A stretch of DNA of 55,966 bases from Candidatus Moranbacteria bacterium UBA2206 (GCA_002328565.1 DCUU01000019.1:1-55966), one strand, 5' to 3'. Positions 37,597-47,859 are shown, counted from the first letter of the stretch. Translations and numbers: made by a program. The notes: generated by a model from the letters alone, not told the origin.

Positions 37597-39138
37597 ATGG
37601 AAAGTTGGAAAAGAGAAGTGTTTTTTTGGATTTTAGTACTCCTGTTTTCGATAACAGTGCCGGTGATAATCCTCAATGCTAAAGGTTATCGCTTCGATAA
37701 AAATCGAGGTGTTTTTGTTCATAGCGGAACCATTACTTTCAAATCAAATCCCCAGACAGTGGATATAAAATTAAATGATGAGCTTTTTGAATCAAAGAAA
37801 TTAAACCGGATAAACAGTTCTTTTAATGTCTCGGGCATTGTTCCGGGAGAATATAATCTTCAAATTTCAGCTCCGGATTTTCAAACTTGGAGCAAAAAAA
37901 CTCAAGTGCACAGTGGACTGGCTAGTGAATTTTGGAATGTGCTTTTAGTCAAAAATAATTATGAAAAAACCAATCTTGATACGCCAGGAATTTATAAGTT
38001 CTTCACTTCTCCGAGAAATAATCTTATGGCCTACACTCTAAACTCTGAAAATGATTTATTGGTAAATATTTTCAACTTAGAAAATAATACTGTTTCTCAG
38101 GAAATTAATTTGGCGGGTTGGCAACTCATTGAAGATGCTAAAAAAGAAAACATTGAATGGTCTCCGGATAATTCTTTTCTTTCTATCCCGGTTAAAAAAT
38201 TAGCAGAGAATAGCGCGCAAAAAGAAAAAAATATTCCTTCTAAGGCTCAACCAAAAAAAACATTCGCTGAAGTGCCGGCTGAATATGAATACAGCTATTT
38301 TATCTATGATTTTAAAAACAAAAATAGCCTTAACTTAACCGAAGTTTTGAATAAAAAAAATGTTCATGATGTGAGGTGGGATCCTAGGGAAAGTGGTTTC
38401 CTATTTTTTCTTGAAGATGGTATTCTTTTTAGATTAGACATAAAGAATCCTCAAAATATTTCGCAAATTGCCTCGGATGTTTCCAGTTATGATCTTTCAG
38501 GATCCTCTGTTTATTATTCACAAAATTCCGGACTTTTATACAAGAATAGTTTGGATGGAAAAAGCGATCCGGTTCAAATCACGAATAATTTTCCGGATTC
38601 CCAAAATGTCAAAATTTCTTCGGTGGTAGTCTATGATGATTCAAGAATTGCCCTAACCTTAGAAAACAAAGATTTTTATATTTACAACAAAGGCGATTAT
38701 GGTGATTATTATAGAAAATTAGCAGACAAAATTGAAGAAGCTCATTTCTCAGATGATGGCAAAAGAATTCTTTTCTGGTCAAATAATGAAATTTCAGTGT
38801 ATTTTTTACGCGAACAACTTTCTCAGCCAATTCGCGAGGAAAATGAATTGCAAAATATCACTCGCTACAGCGAACCAATTAAGAATGTTCAATGGTTTAA
38901 GGATTATGAGCATGTTATTTTCAATTCCGGTCGTTGGATAAAAATTATTGAAATTGACCCGCGAGATCATGCTAATTGCATGGATCTTGCAAACACTCAG
39001 ACGCTCAATCCTTTTGTTATCTACAATGGTGCTTTGGAAAAAATGTATTTCATTGACACTAAAGATGCTGTGGCTAACTTATTTTCCATAACTTTTCCTG
39101 AAAAAACTACATTTCTTGGAATAGAAATAGGCGGATAA
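37597..39138 (+). CDS. Membrane-anchored PEGA-domain / beta-propeller protein
   Basis: TM then GYRFD...GTITFKSNP...PGEYNLQI; WSPD/FSDDG propeller-type repeats. Confidence 0.75.
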   Translation: MESWKREVFFWILVLLFSITVPVIILNAKGYRFDKNRGVFVHSGTITFKSNPQTVDIKLNDELFESKKLNRINSSFNVSGIVPGEYNLQISAPDFQTWSKKTQVHSGLASEFWNVLLVKNNYEKTNLDTPGIYKFFTSPRNNLMAYTLNSENDLLVNIFNLENNTVSQEINLAGWQLIEDAKKENIEWSPDNSFLSIPVKKLAENSAQKEKNIPSKAQPKKTFAEVPAEYEYSYFIYDFKNKNSLNLTEVLNKKNVHDVRWDPRESGFLFFLEDGILFRLDIKNPQNISQIASDVSSYDLSGSSVYYSQNSGLLYKNSLDGKSDPVQITNNFPDSQNVKISSVVVYDDSRIALTLENKDFYIYNKGDYGDYYRKLADKIEEAHFSDDGKRILFWSNNEISVYFLREQLSQPIREENELQNITRYSEPIKNVQWFKDYEHVIFNSGRWIKIIEIDPRDHANCMDLANTQTLNPFVIYNGALEKMYFIDTKDAVANLFSITFPEKTTFLGIEIGG

Positions 39139-39177
39139 AAAAAAGACTCCCCAGTGGAAGTCTTTAAGAAATTATCC

Positions 39178-40182
39178 TTATAATTTTTTATAATTTTCTA
39201 CAAAGCCTTTTCCTAGGAGTGGACGCCACCACGCTTCATTATTAATATACCATTGGACAATTTCGTCTAATCCTTTTTCAAAATCTATTTCAGGTTTCCA
39301 GCCTAGTTCTTTTTGAATTTTTGTCGTATCAAGAAGATAGCGTCTATCGTGTCCAGGGCGATCTTCCACATAAGTTTTTAATGTTTTTGGCTTACCTAAT
39401 CGCGAAAGAACAGCATCTGCTATTTCTTCGACGCTTTTTTCCGTGCCATTGCCAATATTATAAGCTTCTCCTGGCTTGCCTTTATGGATTATTAAATCAA
39501 TTGCACTGGCATGCTCAGAAGTATGAAGCCATTCGCGCTTATTTTGACTACTCTTGAATAATGGCAATTCCTGATCTTGAAGTGCATTTGTAATAAATCT
39601 AGGAATAACTTTCTCAGGAAATTGATAAGGACCATAGTTGTTAGCACAATGGCTAATTGTTATGGGTAATTTAAAAGTATGAAAGTAAGCCATCACTTCA
39701 TGATTAGCTGAGGCCTTAGATGCGTTGTAGGGCGTTTTAGGGGTATAAGGGTCGCTTTCCTTGAATGATCTGTCTTCATCCAGCCCTAAGTCACCAAAAA
39801 CTTCACAGGTGGAAATATGATGAAATCTATCTATTCCTACTAATCTAGCTGCCTCCAAAAGCATTTGCGTGCCCAATACATTAGTTTTCACAAAAATGTC
39901 AGGTTCTATCATAGCTCGACCATTATGTGATTCAGCGGCAAAGTTTACAATAACATTTATCCCCTCTTCTTTTAGTAGTTTTTTATTTACTTCTAAATTT
40001 CCAATATCCCCTTTGATAAATTTATAATTCGGATTACTTTCAATAGATTTCAAATTTTCTAAATTGCCGGCATAAGTCAATGCATCCAGATTGACGATTT
40101 TGTCATTAGGATATTTTTGGATCCAATAATGAATGAAATTTGAACCAATAAACCCTGCACCACCTGTGACTAATAATTTCAT
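39178..40182 (-). CDS. rfbB: dTDP-glucose 4,6-dehydratase
   Basis: VTGGAGFIGSNF, DALTYAGN, FAAESH, YNASK, NNYGPYQFPEK, DRPGHDRRY. Confidence 0.95.
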   Translation of the reverse strand: MKLLVTGGAGFIGSNFIHYWIQKYPNDKIVNLDALTYAGNLENLKSIESNPNYKFIKGDIGNLEVNKKLLKEEGINVIVNFAAESHNGRAMIEPDIFVKTNVLGTQMLLEAARLVGIDRFHHISTCEVFGDLGLDEDRSFKESDPYTPKTPYNASKASANHEVMAYFHTFKLPITISHCANNYGPYQFPEKVIPRFITNALQDQELPLFKSSQNKREWLHTSEHASAIDLIIHKGKPGEAYNIGNGTEKSVEEIADAVLSRLGKPKTLKTYVEDRPGHDRRYLLDTTKIQKELGWKPEIDFEKGLDEIVQWYINNEAWWRPLLGKGFVENYKKL

Positions 40183-40192
40183 ATATTTTTTA

Positions 40193-40738
40193 TTAAAAAG
40201 GATTATCTAAATTTTTCAAATTTGGCCATTTGCTGTCGCGCTCGGAAAGAATCGGATTTTCTAGTGGCCAATTTATTTTTAAATCTGAATCATTCCAAGC
40301 GATTCCTCCTTCGTGCGAAGGCTCATAAAAATTATCTGCTTTATATAAAACCTCCGTATTATCTTCTATTGTCATAAATCCATGTGCAAAACCACGCGGG
40401 ACGAAAAGCATTTGAAAATTTTCGGCTGATATCTCAAAAGCTTCCCACTGGCCAAAAGTCTCGCTGTCACGCCGAAGATCGACAATTACATCTAGGATTT
40501 TTCCCTTCACAACTCGAATTAATTTAGCTTGCGTATATGGCGGAGCTTGAAAATGCAATCCGCGTAGAGTGCCTTTTTTTTCTGATTTTGAATGATTATC
40601 CTGCACAAATTCTGCATCAATCCCCTCCTTTTCAAATTTTTTCTTAGAATAACTTTCCAAGAAAAATCCGCGGTTGTCGCCAAAAACTTGCGGTTTGATT
40701 AAATAAGCGTCTTTTAGGGTAGTTTTTATAAATTCCAT
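40193..40738 (-). CDS. rfbC: dTDP-4-dehydrorhamnose 3,5-epimerase
   Basis: DNRGFF, QDNHS, RGLHFQ, GFAHGF. Confidence 0.96.
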   Translation of the reverse strand: MEFIKTTLKDAYLIKPQVFGDNRGFFLESYSKKKFEKEGIDAEFVQDNHSKSEKKGTLRGLHFQAPPYTQAKLIRVVKGKILDVIVDLRRDSETFGQWEAFEISAENFQMLFVPRGFAHGFMTIEDNTEVLYKADNFYEPSHEGGIAWNDSDLKINWPLENPILSERDSKWPNLKNLDNPF

Positions 40739-40837
40739 AGTTTTACGAAATACTAAATTAACGAAATACGAAAAAATAAAGTATTGTATTTTTACTTTAT
40801 ACTTCCTACTTATTCTACCATACCTAAAAATTAAATA

Positions 40838-40873
40838 AAGCCCGTGCCGGAGAATTCTCCGGCACGGGCTTTT
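40838..40873. terminator. Perfect GC-rich palindrome / terminator
   Basis: aaagcccgtgccggagaattctccggcacgggcttt. Confidence 0.75.
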
Positions 40874-40880
40874 CGATTTT

Positions 40881-41024
40881 TTACCACAAGCCTAATTTAA
40901 TATAGGCTTGTTCTCTTTCCAGGGCCACTTCATAGGCAGCCTTCATATAGGCTTCAATACCAGAGCTTTTTTTGTGATTTCTTTTTTTCAGTTTTTTTAA
41001 AAAAATAAAAAATAAATTTAACAT
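40881..41024 (-). CDS. 47-aa small hypothetical protein
   Basis: MLNLFFIFLKKLKKRNHKKSSGIEAYMKAAYEVALEREQAYIKLGLW; AAGGAAG upstream; lies between the 41038 ORF and the terminator. Confidence 0.45.
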   Translation of the reverse strand: MLNLFFIFLKKLKKRNHKKSSGIEAYMKAAYEVALEREQAYIKLGLW

Positions 41025-41037
41025 AAGCACTTCCTTT

Positions 41038-41379
41038 TTAAGGTTTTTTTGAAATTTCCGCCGTTATTAATAATTCTGACGGAACTTTTTCGCAATTGCA
41101 TGGGCGAACTGCCATAAGATTGTTTATAATCTCAGTTTCGCCGGAGTCTTTTTTGAAGAATACCTCGAGACATTCGCCTGTTTTAGGATGCTTCAAAAAA
41201 ACAGAATCCTCAAAAATTGTCATCGTGGAAGCGTTTTTTTGTTTTTGTCTTTCTGTCTGCTCCTCAGGCGTTAAGGGTTTGGAAATAATGCCGAAATAAA
41301 TTGAAAACACCAAGAAACATGCAAAAATCATTCCAGATAAAAAAATTTTAAGATCAACTTTCATTTCTAATCCCTTCAT
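41038..41379 (-). CDS. Membrane-anchored hypothetical protein
   Basis: TM helix; KHPKTGECL...PCNCEKVP. Confidence 0.65.
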   Translation of the reverse strand: MKGLEMKVDLKIFLSGMIFACFLVFSIYFGIISKPLTPEEQTERQKQKNASTMTIFEDSVFLKHPKTGECLEVFFKKDSGETEIINNLMAVRPCNCEKVPSELLITAEISKKP

Positions 41380-41436
41380 GTTTAGTTGTTAAGGAAAACT
41401 TCCTCCCTAGTTTATATAAAAAATTTTATATCAAAA

Positions 41437-42804
41437 TTATTTCTCTTCTGATAATTTCCATTCGTTCTTAATGTTAACATCATAACTTTTCCTTTCTCCA
41501 TTTTTGTCAATAACGGTAATTTTTCCGGGAAGCTCGGAAAGACCAGATTGTTTTTGGATTAATAGATCATAATTTTCTATGTTTAAATCTTTGAGGGTAT
41601 AGTTAAATTCTACAGTTTTAGTTTGGTTGAGTGGGACGGTAAAAAGCGTGCCGATATATTTTTTGCTGAATTCTTCACCGAAATTAATTTTTCCAACATT
41701 ATTAGAACTTGTAAGCCAAGCGTCTTTGGGCGCATAAATTCGCAAATAAGTTTGATAGTCCTTAGTCATCCAGTCTTGGACTTTTCCTCTATGAGTATAA
41801 GTTATCTTGAGAGTTGCGCTGGGTTTTTCGCTAGACAAATCAATGACATAATCAAAAGAACGATCAATATAATAATCGCTTTTATAGGATGCTAGATTAG
41901 CATCAATCATCATTAGATAATCCCCTGTCCAAGTAGAATTTATTTCTCCCGCCCAAAGAGATTTTCTGGCTTGATTTTCGAAATCCTGATCCTTGAAATA
42001 TAGTTGAATGTTTTTATTGTTCAAATCTTCCAAAATAACCTTGGCCAAATCGAGCTTTTGAGAATTGTTCAAAGTAAAAACTTTTTCAATTAGCACTTGT
42101 GCCAACTTATTCATTATTGTTTTTCTTTCACCCTGTTGGATTCCTTGTTGAGCATAACCTTTTTCCACTTGATATTCCAAATTCAAAATAGCATTTTCTG
42201 ATGTATATTCTCCAGGATAATCAGGTAAACTCACCGATCCAGTAACTTTCAAAATTGAAGAAAGAACATTTGTGTTGATTGATACAATGCCATCAAAATT
42301 TTCTTGACCTTCTCCTAGGTGATAAAAATATTCGGCCTTTTTGGCATTTTCGGAAAAATCTGGTGAAAAATTAGAATCACGCAATTTCCATGAATCAATA
42401 CGCAAGGTTTCTTTCATTGGATAGGGAGGTTCGATAGTGGAAGGAATTCGACCATCAAAATTGGAAAGATCATGAGTTTGCATATCAATTATTTTTCCAT
42501 TTTTTATTTTCAAAATTCCAAAAGCTCCAATGAAACCTCCTCCCGGACGAAGCTCCATATTATTTTGAAAAAGAATCAAAAAAACTTTTTCTTTTTCATC
42601 TTGCCTTAAAAGATAGTCAGCAAAATAAGCAGTGGATTTATACTCAGTTTTTTGCGAAAGTTCAATCGGAAGAAAGTTGATTGCTCCTGAGATAATTTTT
42701 CCTGGTTGTTTTCTGGCTTCCAGAAAAAAATAAAAACCAGCCAAGAATATTACGGCCACTGACCAAAAAATGATCCAGAATTTTAGGGAATAAGTTTTTG
42801 CCAT
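41437..42804 (-). CDS. DUF4012 domain protein
   Basis: LFQNNMELRPGGGFIG, RDSNFSPDF, N-terminal TM. Confidence 0.88.
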   Translation of the reverse strand: MAKTYSLKFWIIFWSVAVIFLAGFYFFLEARKQPGKIISGAINFLPIELSQKTEYKSTAYFADYLLRQDEKEKVFLILFQNNMELRPGGGFIGAFGILKIKNGKIIDMQTHDLSNFDGRIPSTIEPPYPMKETLRIDSWKLRDSNFSPDFSENAKKAEYFYHLGEGQENFDGIVSINTNVLSSILKVTGSVSLPDYPGEYTSENAILNLEYQVEKGYAQQGIQQGERKTIMNKLAQVLIEKVFTLNNSQKLDLAKVILEDLNNKNIQLYFKDQDFENQARKSLWAGEINSTWTGDYLMMIDANLASYKSDYYIDRSFDYVIDLSSEKPSATLKITYTHRGKVQDWMTKDYQTYLRIYAPKDAWLTSSNNVGKINFGEEFSKKYIGTLFTVPLNQTKTVEFNYTLKDLNIENYDLLIQKQSGLSELPGKITVIDKNGERKSYDVNIKNEWKLSEEK

Positions 42805-42822
42805 AAGTTTTTTGTCATTTTA

Positions 42823-43752
42823 TCAAATTTTCCCACTCAAGAGCTTATTCAATCTTTCCTTGACTTCCTCCGCAGTAGCTTCATGCACAAGTGGAGTTTT
42901 TTCTGTTTTAACTTCAGTCACTTCCTCTTTGGTTTGTTCAAAGGCTGGAATATCTTCTGCAATTGGCAAATTATCCGGTGCAGCCACTTTTTTCCCAAAA
43001 ATTGGAATATATTCTCCTTTTACAATATCTGATTTGGTTACTTTTTTTATTTCCCCGCCTGCATCGCTATGCGAAGCATTGCGGGCAGGTGTGTCATTCT
43101 GTTTTTTTTCTGTGCTCTTTGGTGTTTCCTTGTACGTCCAAGTTAGTTTTATTTTAGATTTTTCTTTTGGTTGATTTTTTGCAAATAAAAACAGAAAATA
43201 ATGCAATATAAAAGCCAAGAAAAATCCTGCTAGCAAACTTCTAATAAAAGTATAAATATATGAACCGGAGAAAGAAGATTTTGTGATTGGTCCTTCAATT
43301 ATTCTAATATCAATATCATTTCGGATGTCATAATAAGCGCCGATAACACTAATGAGACTTTTGACTGCTTGGGTGCTCAAAATTTCTGCCGTGTATGCAT
43401 CATCATTTTTCGCGATAAATTGCAAAACAGAACTCTTGCCGGCTCTTTTTATTTCAATTATTTCATTCCAATATTTTTTTCTTTTATAATCCGGCAATTC
43501 TGACACAGCTTCATTTTTTGCATCTTCTTCAGCTCGAATCACTCGATCATAAAAAGAAAGTGACCCTGGCAATATAGTCAAATTTTCCAAAATTATATCC
43601 GCATTTTGAGCTGATTTTTCACTCTTAAAAATAACTAAAATTTCTGTTTGAGACTGATAGGTGCGCTCGAAATTTATCAAAAGCAAAAAAGCCATCACGG
43701 TTGCTATGAGAAAAAAGATATAGAATTTTTTTGCTTTGAATGTTTCTGACAT
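42823..43752 (-). CDS. Wzz/CapA-like polysaccharide chain-length regulator with disordered tail
   Basis: Two TMs, YQSQTEILV; C-terminal EEVKERLNKLL. Confidence 0.65.
   Translation of the reverse strand: MSETFKAKKFYIFFLIATVMAFLLLINFERTYQSQTEILVIFKSEKSAQNADIILENLTILPGSLSFYDRVIRAEEDAKNEAVSELPDYKRKKYWNEIIEIKRAGKSSVLQFIAKNDDAYTAEILSTQAVKSLISVIGAYYDIRNDIDIRIIEGPITKSSFSGSYIYTFIRSLLAGFFLAFILHYFLFLFAKNQPKEKSKIKLTWTYKETPKSTEKKQNDTPARNASHSDAGGEIKKVTKSDIVKGEYIPIFGKKVAAPDNLPIAEDIPAFEQTKEEVTEVKTEKTPLVHEATAEEVKERLNKLLSGKI
43053..43089. repeat. GC-rich palindromic element inside CDS
   Basis: ccccgcctgcatcgctatgcgaagcattgcgggcagg encoding PARNASHSDAGG. Confidence 0.7.
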
Positions 43753-43756
43753 AATT

Positions 43757-44893
43757 TTATGAGCGTTTCTTATCTAAAACTTCTTTGTAAATATCCTCGA
43801 TTTGATCAGCTATCTTATCCCAACTGAATTCTTTCCAAGCTTTTACAATGGCTTTTTCTCCCATATTTTTCACTAGCGCTGGATTATTGATAAGGAACAC
43901 TAATTTTTCTTCTAGATCAGAGGCGTCGCCGGAGCGAAAAGATATACTCACTTCATCATTTAGCGCTTCTAGATTTTCCTTGATGTCGCTGGAAAGAATC
44001 GCTTTACCATAGCCCATTGCTTCTAAAAGCGCCAAGGACAGTCCTTCTGATTCAGATGGCTGGACAAAGCAATAGCTATGAGAAAAAAGCTGATTAAGCG
44101 CTTCGCCATTTTGACTCCCGGTAAAGATAATATTTTCTCGGCCACGAGCCAAATCTTTGACTTCTTTGACATAATCATCAGTATGAAATCCATCGCCGAC
44201 AATGACTAGTTTTTTTTCACGCGTCAAATGCTTGTCTTCCAAGTTTTTGAAAGCCTCAATTAGGTAGTGAATGCCTTTGTGTCGAATTAGCCGACCAACT
44301 GACAAAATATAGCCACCTTTTTGCAAATTCCATTTAGCTAGATATTGGTTTTCCAAGGTCGGAAAAACATTCATTCCGTTAGGAATGATTACCGCTTGTT
44401 TTTTGAATTTAGCTTGGATGTAATCACCTAATATTTTTGAAACAGCAATTGTTTTGTCTGGAAAGACAGAAGTAATTATCTCTCCGAAACGAAGACAGGT
44501 GCGTGCAAACCAATTCCATTTTTTGTGAAAATAATCTTGGCAATGGTAGGTAGCGACGATAGCAGTTTTTCTTTTGAAAATTTTGGGAATTATAGAAAGT
44601 GAGCTCGGTCCGATTGCTTGATAGTGGATTATGTCATAATTTTGAAACAGCGAGTGGATTGTAGCAAGAAAAGTATGACTAATCGCGTCTAGATGTTTGG
44701 TGGAGATGCTGGGTAGATGGATAAGCTTGATTCCGCGATACTCGTTGAGATTTTTTGGTGTATAATTATTGCGCACATAGACAAAAACCTCATTACCTTT
44801 TTGGGCAAGTCTCAGAGCAATTTCCTCAACGTGTTTTTCTACCCCGCCGGATTTTGCCGGTATTCCTTTTTGACCGATAAATGCAATTTTCAT
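43757..44893 (-). CDS. Glycosyltransferase family 4
   Basis: GQKGIPAKSGGVE, VGRL..HKG, PSESEGLSLALLEAM. Confidence 0.93.
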   Translation of the reverse strand: MKIAFIGQKGIPAKSGGVEKHVEEIALRLAQKGNEVFVYVRNNYTPKNLNEYRGIKLIHLPSISTKHLDAISHTFLATIHSLFQNYDIIHYQAIGPSSLSIIPKIFKRKTAIVATYHCQDYFHKKWNWFARTCLRFGEIITSVFPDKTIAVSKILGDYIQAKFKKQAVIIPNGMNVFPTLENQYLAKWNLQKGGYILSVGRLIRHKGIHYLIEAFKNLEDKHLTREKKLVIVGDGFHTDDYVKEVKDLARGRENIIFTGSQNGEALNQLFSHSYCFVQPSESEGLSLALLEAMGYGKAILSSDIKENLEALNDEVSISFRSGDASDLEEKLVFLINNPALVKNMGEKAIVKAWKEFSWDKIADQIEDIYKEVLDKKRS

Positions 44894-44894
44894 T

Positions 44895-45857
44895 TTATTT
44901 TATATAAATTATATGAGAGATATTGCCTGAACGATTTTCCCAAATTTCAGATTGATCACTAACGGTGAAAAATTTATTCCAGTCTGTATTGCCGGCTCTT
45001 TGCAATCTAGCAATGCCAAAAAGTCCATTTTTTACAATCTTAGTTTTAGCAATGTCAATTCTGCCGTCCGTTCCAAAAGAAGATACCTCGATTCCTTCTC
45101 GGCTGTTTTCGCGAATATCATTTTTCTTAGTCCAAATATTGGATTGATCCAAAACTAATTTCATTCCGCTTCCTCCGTTGTTTCGAATTGAATTTGCTTC
45201 CATCCAGGCGCTAGTTCCACGAGCTAAATCAATGCCATCTTTTTTGTTTCCAGAAATTTCACTTTCGGTTATCGAAATTCTTCTGGCCCCAGCTCCGTAA
45301 ATGCCTGACCAGTTATTATCCTTAATTTTAGTTTTCGAAATAGAAACCTGATTAGATTTTTTTGTGTTTCCTCCTTCGATAGCAATACCAGTGCCGTTGT
45401 CTTTCACGATACAATTAATGATACTCGCCTCAGCATCTTTCTCCACCCAAATTCCTTTCTTACCGTTTTTGATAGTAAAGCCGTCAATAGTAGAATTGTT
45501 TTTCATTGAAACTGTTTCGTACTTTTCTTTTTTTGCCTTAATGATAGTTTTTTCCTTATCTTCTCCGAATAATTTTATCCCATTTCTGAGCGTGATATTT
45601 TCCTTATACTCTCCCTTGGCCACATGAATTTCTACCTTGTCCTTATTTTTAGCGTGATCAATCGCTTCATTGATTGATTTGTATGGATGCGAAGCTGAGC
45701 CATCTCTATTATCTCCCGCCTTTGCGTTAACATAAAGATCGCTTTTTCGACTAGAAGAAACCAATAAGGGCAGTGTCATAACGACCAGTGCTAAAAAGCA
45801 AAAAACAGCTAAACCAAGCTTTTTATTCGACTTTATTTTGTAGTTGGATTTAAACAT
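44895..45857 (-). CDS. Right-handed beta-helix (pectin lyase-like/NosD) protein
   Basis: GSASHPYKSINEAI, GEYKENI, repeated NxxxGI. Confidence 0.8.
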   Translation of the reverse strand: MFKSNYKIKSNKKLGLAVFCFLALVVMTLPLLVSSSRKSDLYVNAKAGDNRDGSASHPYKSINEAIDHAKNKDKVEIHVAKGEYKENITLRNGIKLFGEDKEKTIIKAKKEKYETVSMKNNSTIDGFTIKNGKKGIWVEKDAEASIINCIVKDNGTGIAIEGGNTKKSNQVSISKTKIKDNNWSGIYGAGARRISITESEISGNKKDGIDLARGTSAWMEANSIRNNGGSGMKLVLDQSNIWTKKNDIRENSREGIEVSSFGTDGRIDIAKTKIVKNGLFGIARLQRAGNTDWNKFFTVSDQSEIWENRSGNISHIIYIK

Positions 45858-45916
45858 TTCTTTATAAATTACGATTAATTATTAACAGCGGATAGTAGCA
45901 TTTTAATTGAATTTTG

Positions 45917-47089
45917 TCAAATTTTTTCAGTAATTTTGATAAATTCTTGGTAATATTTTTCTTGGCCGAATTTTTCTTGGGCAATTTGCGCGATTTCTAT
46001 TTCATTAAAAACAATTTTTCCGGAAACTATTTGGGAAATTTTTTCCTCGGCTTCTCTAATGTTATTACAAATAAAGCCGGTTTTTCCTGGGTCAATTATT
46101 TCGCTGTAAGCGCCAGCATCAAGTCCGATAAAGGGTTTTCCTAGGGCAATTGATTCAAGAGCAGTTAACCCGAAAGTTTCAGGTAACTTAGAAAAAGAAA
46201 CGCAAAAACTCGCATTTTTTATGTAGCTTCGAACATCTTTTTTGTTTAATTTTCCAAGATAAACAATATTTTCTGTTTGAGAAATTTGCGTATCATCTTC
46301 GATTTCTCCGGCAATATACAATTTTATGCCGCTAATCTTTTGAAAAGTTTGCATTAGTTCTGGCACGCCCTTATCCTTAGAAATTCTCCCAAAATAGAAG
46401 GCATAAGGAGAGTGTTTTTGATCCTCAAGTTTTTCGTCTAACTTTGAATCGGGGACAAAATGGCTTAAATTAAGTATTTTTTCACTTTCTATCCCCCATT
46501 TTTTGAGTTTTTCGGCTACAAACAAGCTTGGAGAAATAAACAAGTCTATTTTATCTTTCCAGCCCAAAATATCTTCAAAATAAGTTTTCAAAACTAGGAG
46601 CAATCTTTTTGGCAACAAATATTTTCGGCTTAAGAGTAAAAACTTCCAATATTTTTTGCCAACGCTTTCCAAAAACTCGTCTTTGTCAGGAGAAATCAAA
46701 TGATAATCATGCACAGTTAGGATGATTGGAATTTTTCTTTTTTTAATTTCTGAAATTATAGAAAAAGAAATTTGATGATAGGTATTGTGAATATGAACAA
46801 TGTCCGGTTGAAAATCATTCAAGAGCTTTTTGATTTTTCTCTTGGCTTCAAAAGAATAGAACATTCGGCAAATCCCAACAATTTTTTGCAACAAAGTTGA
46901 ATCATTTTTATTATATCCAACATAACTCACGAAATATTTTTCCCATCGAGATGGTTCGTTTTTCTCATTTTCCATAGAAAAAATTGCCACTTCGTGACCT
47001 TTTGATTCGAGCAGTGAAACGACATCTAAAAAATGTCGATCAGCGCCACCTTTAGGATAATTATATTTATTTATTTCTAAAATTTTCAT
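45917..47089 (-). CDS. Glycosyltransferase family 4
   Basis: KGGAD, PDIVHIHN, GRISKDKG, PETFGLTALES. Confidence 0.92.
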   Translation of the reverse strand: MKILEINKYNYPKGGADRHFLDVVSLLESKGHEVAIFSMENEKNEPSRWEKYFVSYVGYNKNDSTLLQKIVGICRMFYSFEAKRKIKKLLNDFQPDIVHIHNTYHQISFSIISEIKKRKIPIILTVHDYHLISPDKDEFLESVGKKYWKFLLLSRKYLLPKRLLLVLKTYFEDILGWKDKIDLFISPSLFVAEKLKKWGIESEKILNLSHFVPDSKLDEKLEDQKHSPYAFYFGRISKDKGVPELMQTFQKISGIKLYIAGEIEDDTQISQTENIVYLGKLNKKDVRSYIKNASFCVSFSKLPETFGLTALESIALGKPFIGLDAGAYSEIIDPGKTGFICNNIREAEEKISQIVSGKIVFNEIEIAQIAQEKFGQEKYYQEFIKITEKI

Positions 47090-47859
47090 AGAGTTTTATG
47101 TTTTTGCATAAAATATTTCAAGCTTTCTCGGTTATATTTTTTCTGCTCTAAACTATTTTTCTTAGAAAAACTTTTTCCGCCATAATGCCAAATTTCAATA
47201 CTGCCAAAAAACCACACAGCAAAACCAGCCTTCTTGGCTCTCTGGCAAAAATCCACATCTTCCAGATACATAAAAAAGTTTTCGTCCATTTTGCCAATTT
47301 TTTCAATTACTTCTTTTTTGATCAACATAAATCCGCCCCCAACCCAATCAACTTGTCGATTGGAAAAAAATAGTTTTTTGGTGAAAAAATTATAACGGAC
47401 ATATAGGCCAAGAGGAAAAATTTTAGCCAGCTGAATTGTTTCAAAAAAATTAGAAATCATACTAGGATATTTTCCAAAAGATCCTAGTGGTCTACGCATT
47501 TCGTTTATTTGTTTTACCCCGCAAATGCCAGCAGACTTTTGATTAGCTAGTGATATTGCCGCATCCAAAATCCCCGCTTCAAATTTAGTGTCGGGATTGA
47601 TTAGAAAAATATCATCCCCTTGTGACATTTCAAAACCAATATTCACAGCCTTGGCAAATCCCAAATTATTTTTCTGTACTATCAATTTGAAATTGTTTTT
47701 GTTTTTTATAAACTCATTGATTCTTTTAACTGTGTCGTCAGCAGAATTATTATCAATCAAAAAAACCTGATCTGGGGAAGATATGTTTTTTCCTATCGAA
47801 GCCAAACAGCTGTCGATATAAAAGGCTGAATTGTAAGTGACAATTATTATACTTTTCAT
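47086..47859 (-). CDS. Glycosyltransferase family 2
   Basis: IIIVTYNS, DNNSAD, NLGFAKAVN, INPD, FFMYLEDVDFC. Confidence 0.93.
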   Translation of the reverse strand: MKSIIIVTYNSAFYIDSCLASIGKNISSPDQVFLIDNNSADDTVKRINEFIKNKNNFKLIVQKNNLGFAKAVNIGFEMSQGDDIFLINPDTKFEAGILDAAISLANQKSAGICGVKQINEMRRPLGSFGKYPSMISNFFETIQLAKIFPLGLYVRYNFFTKKLFFSNRQVDWVGGGFMLIKKEVIEKIGKMDENFFMYLEDVDFCQRAKKAGFAVWFFGSIEIWHYGGKSFSKKNSLEQKKYNRESLKYFMQKHKTL

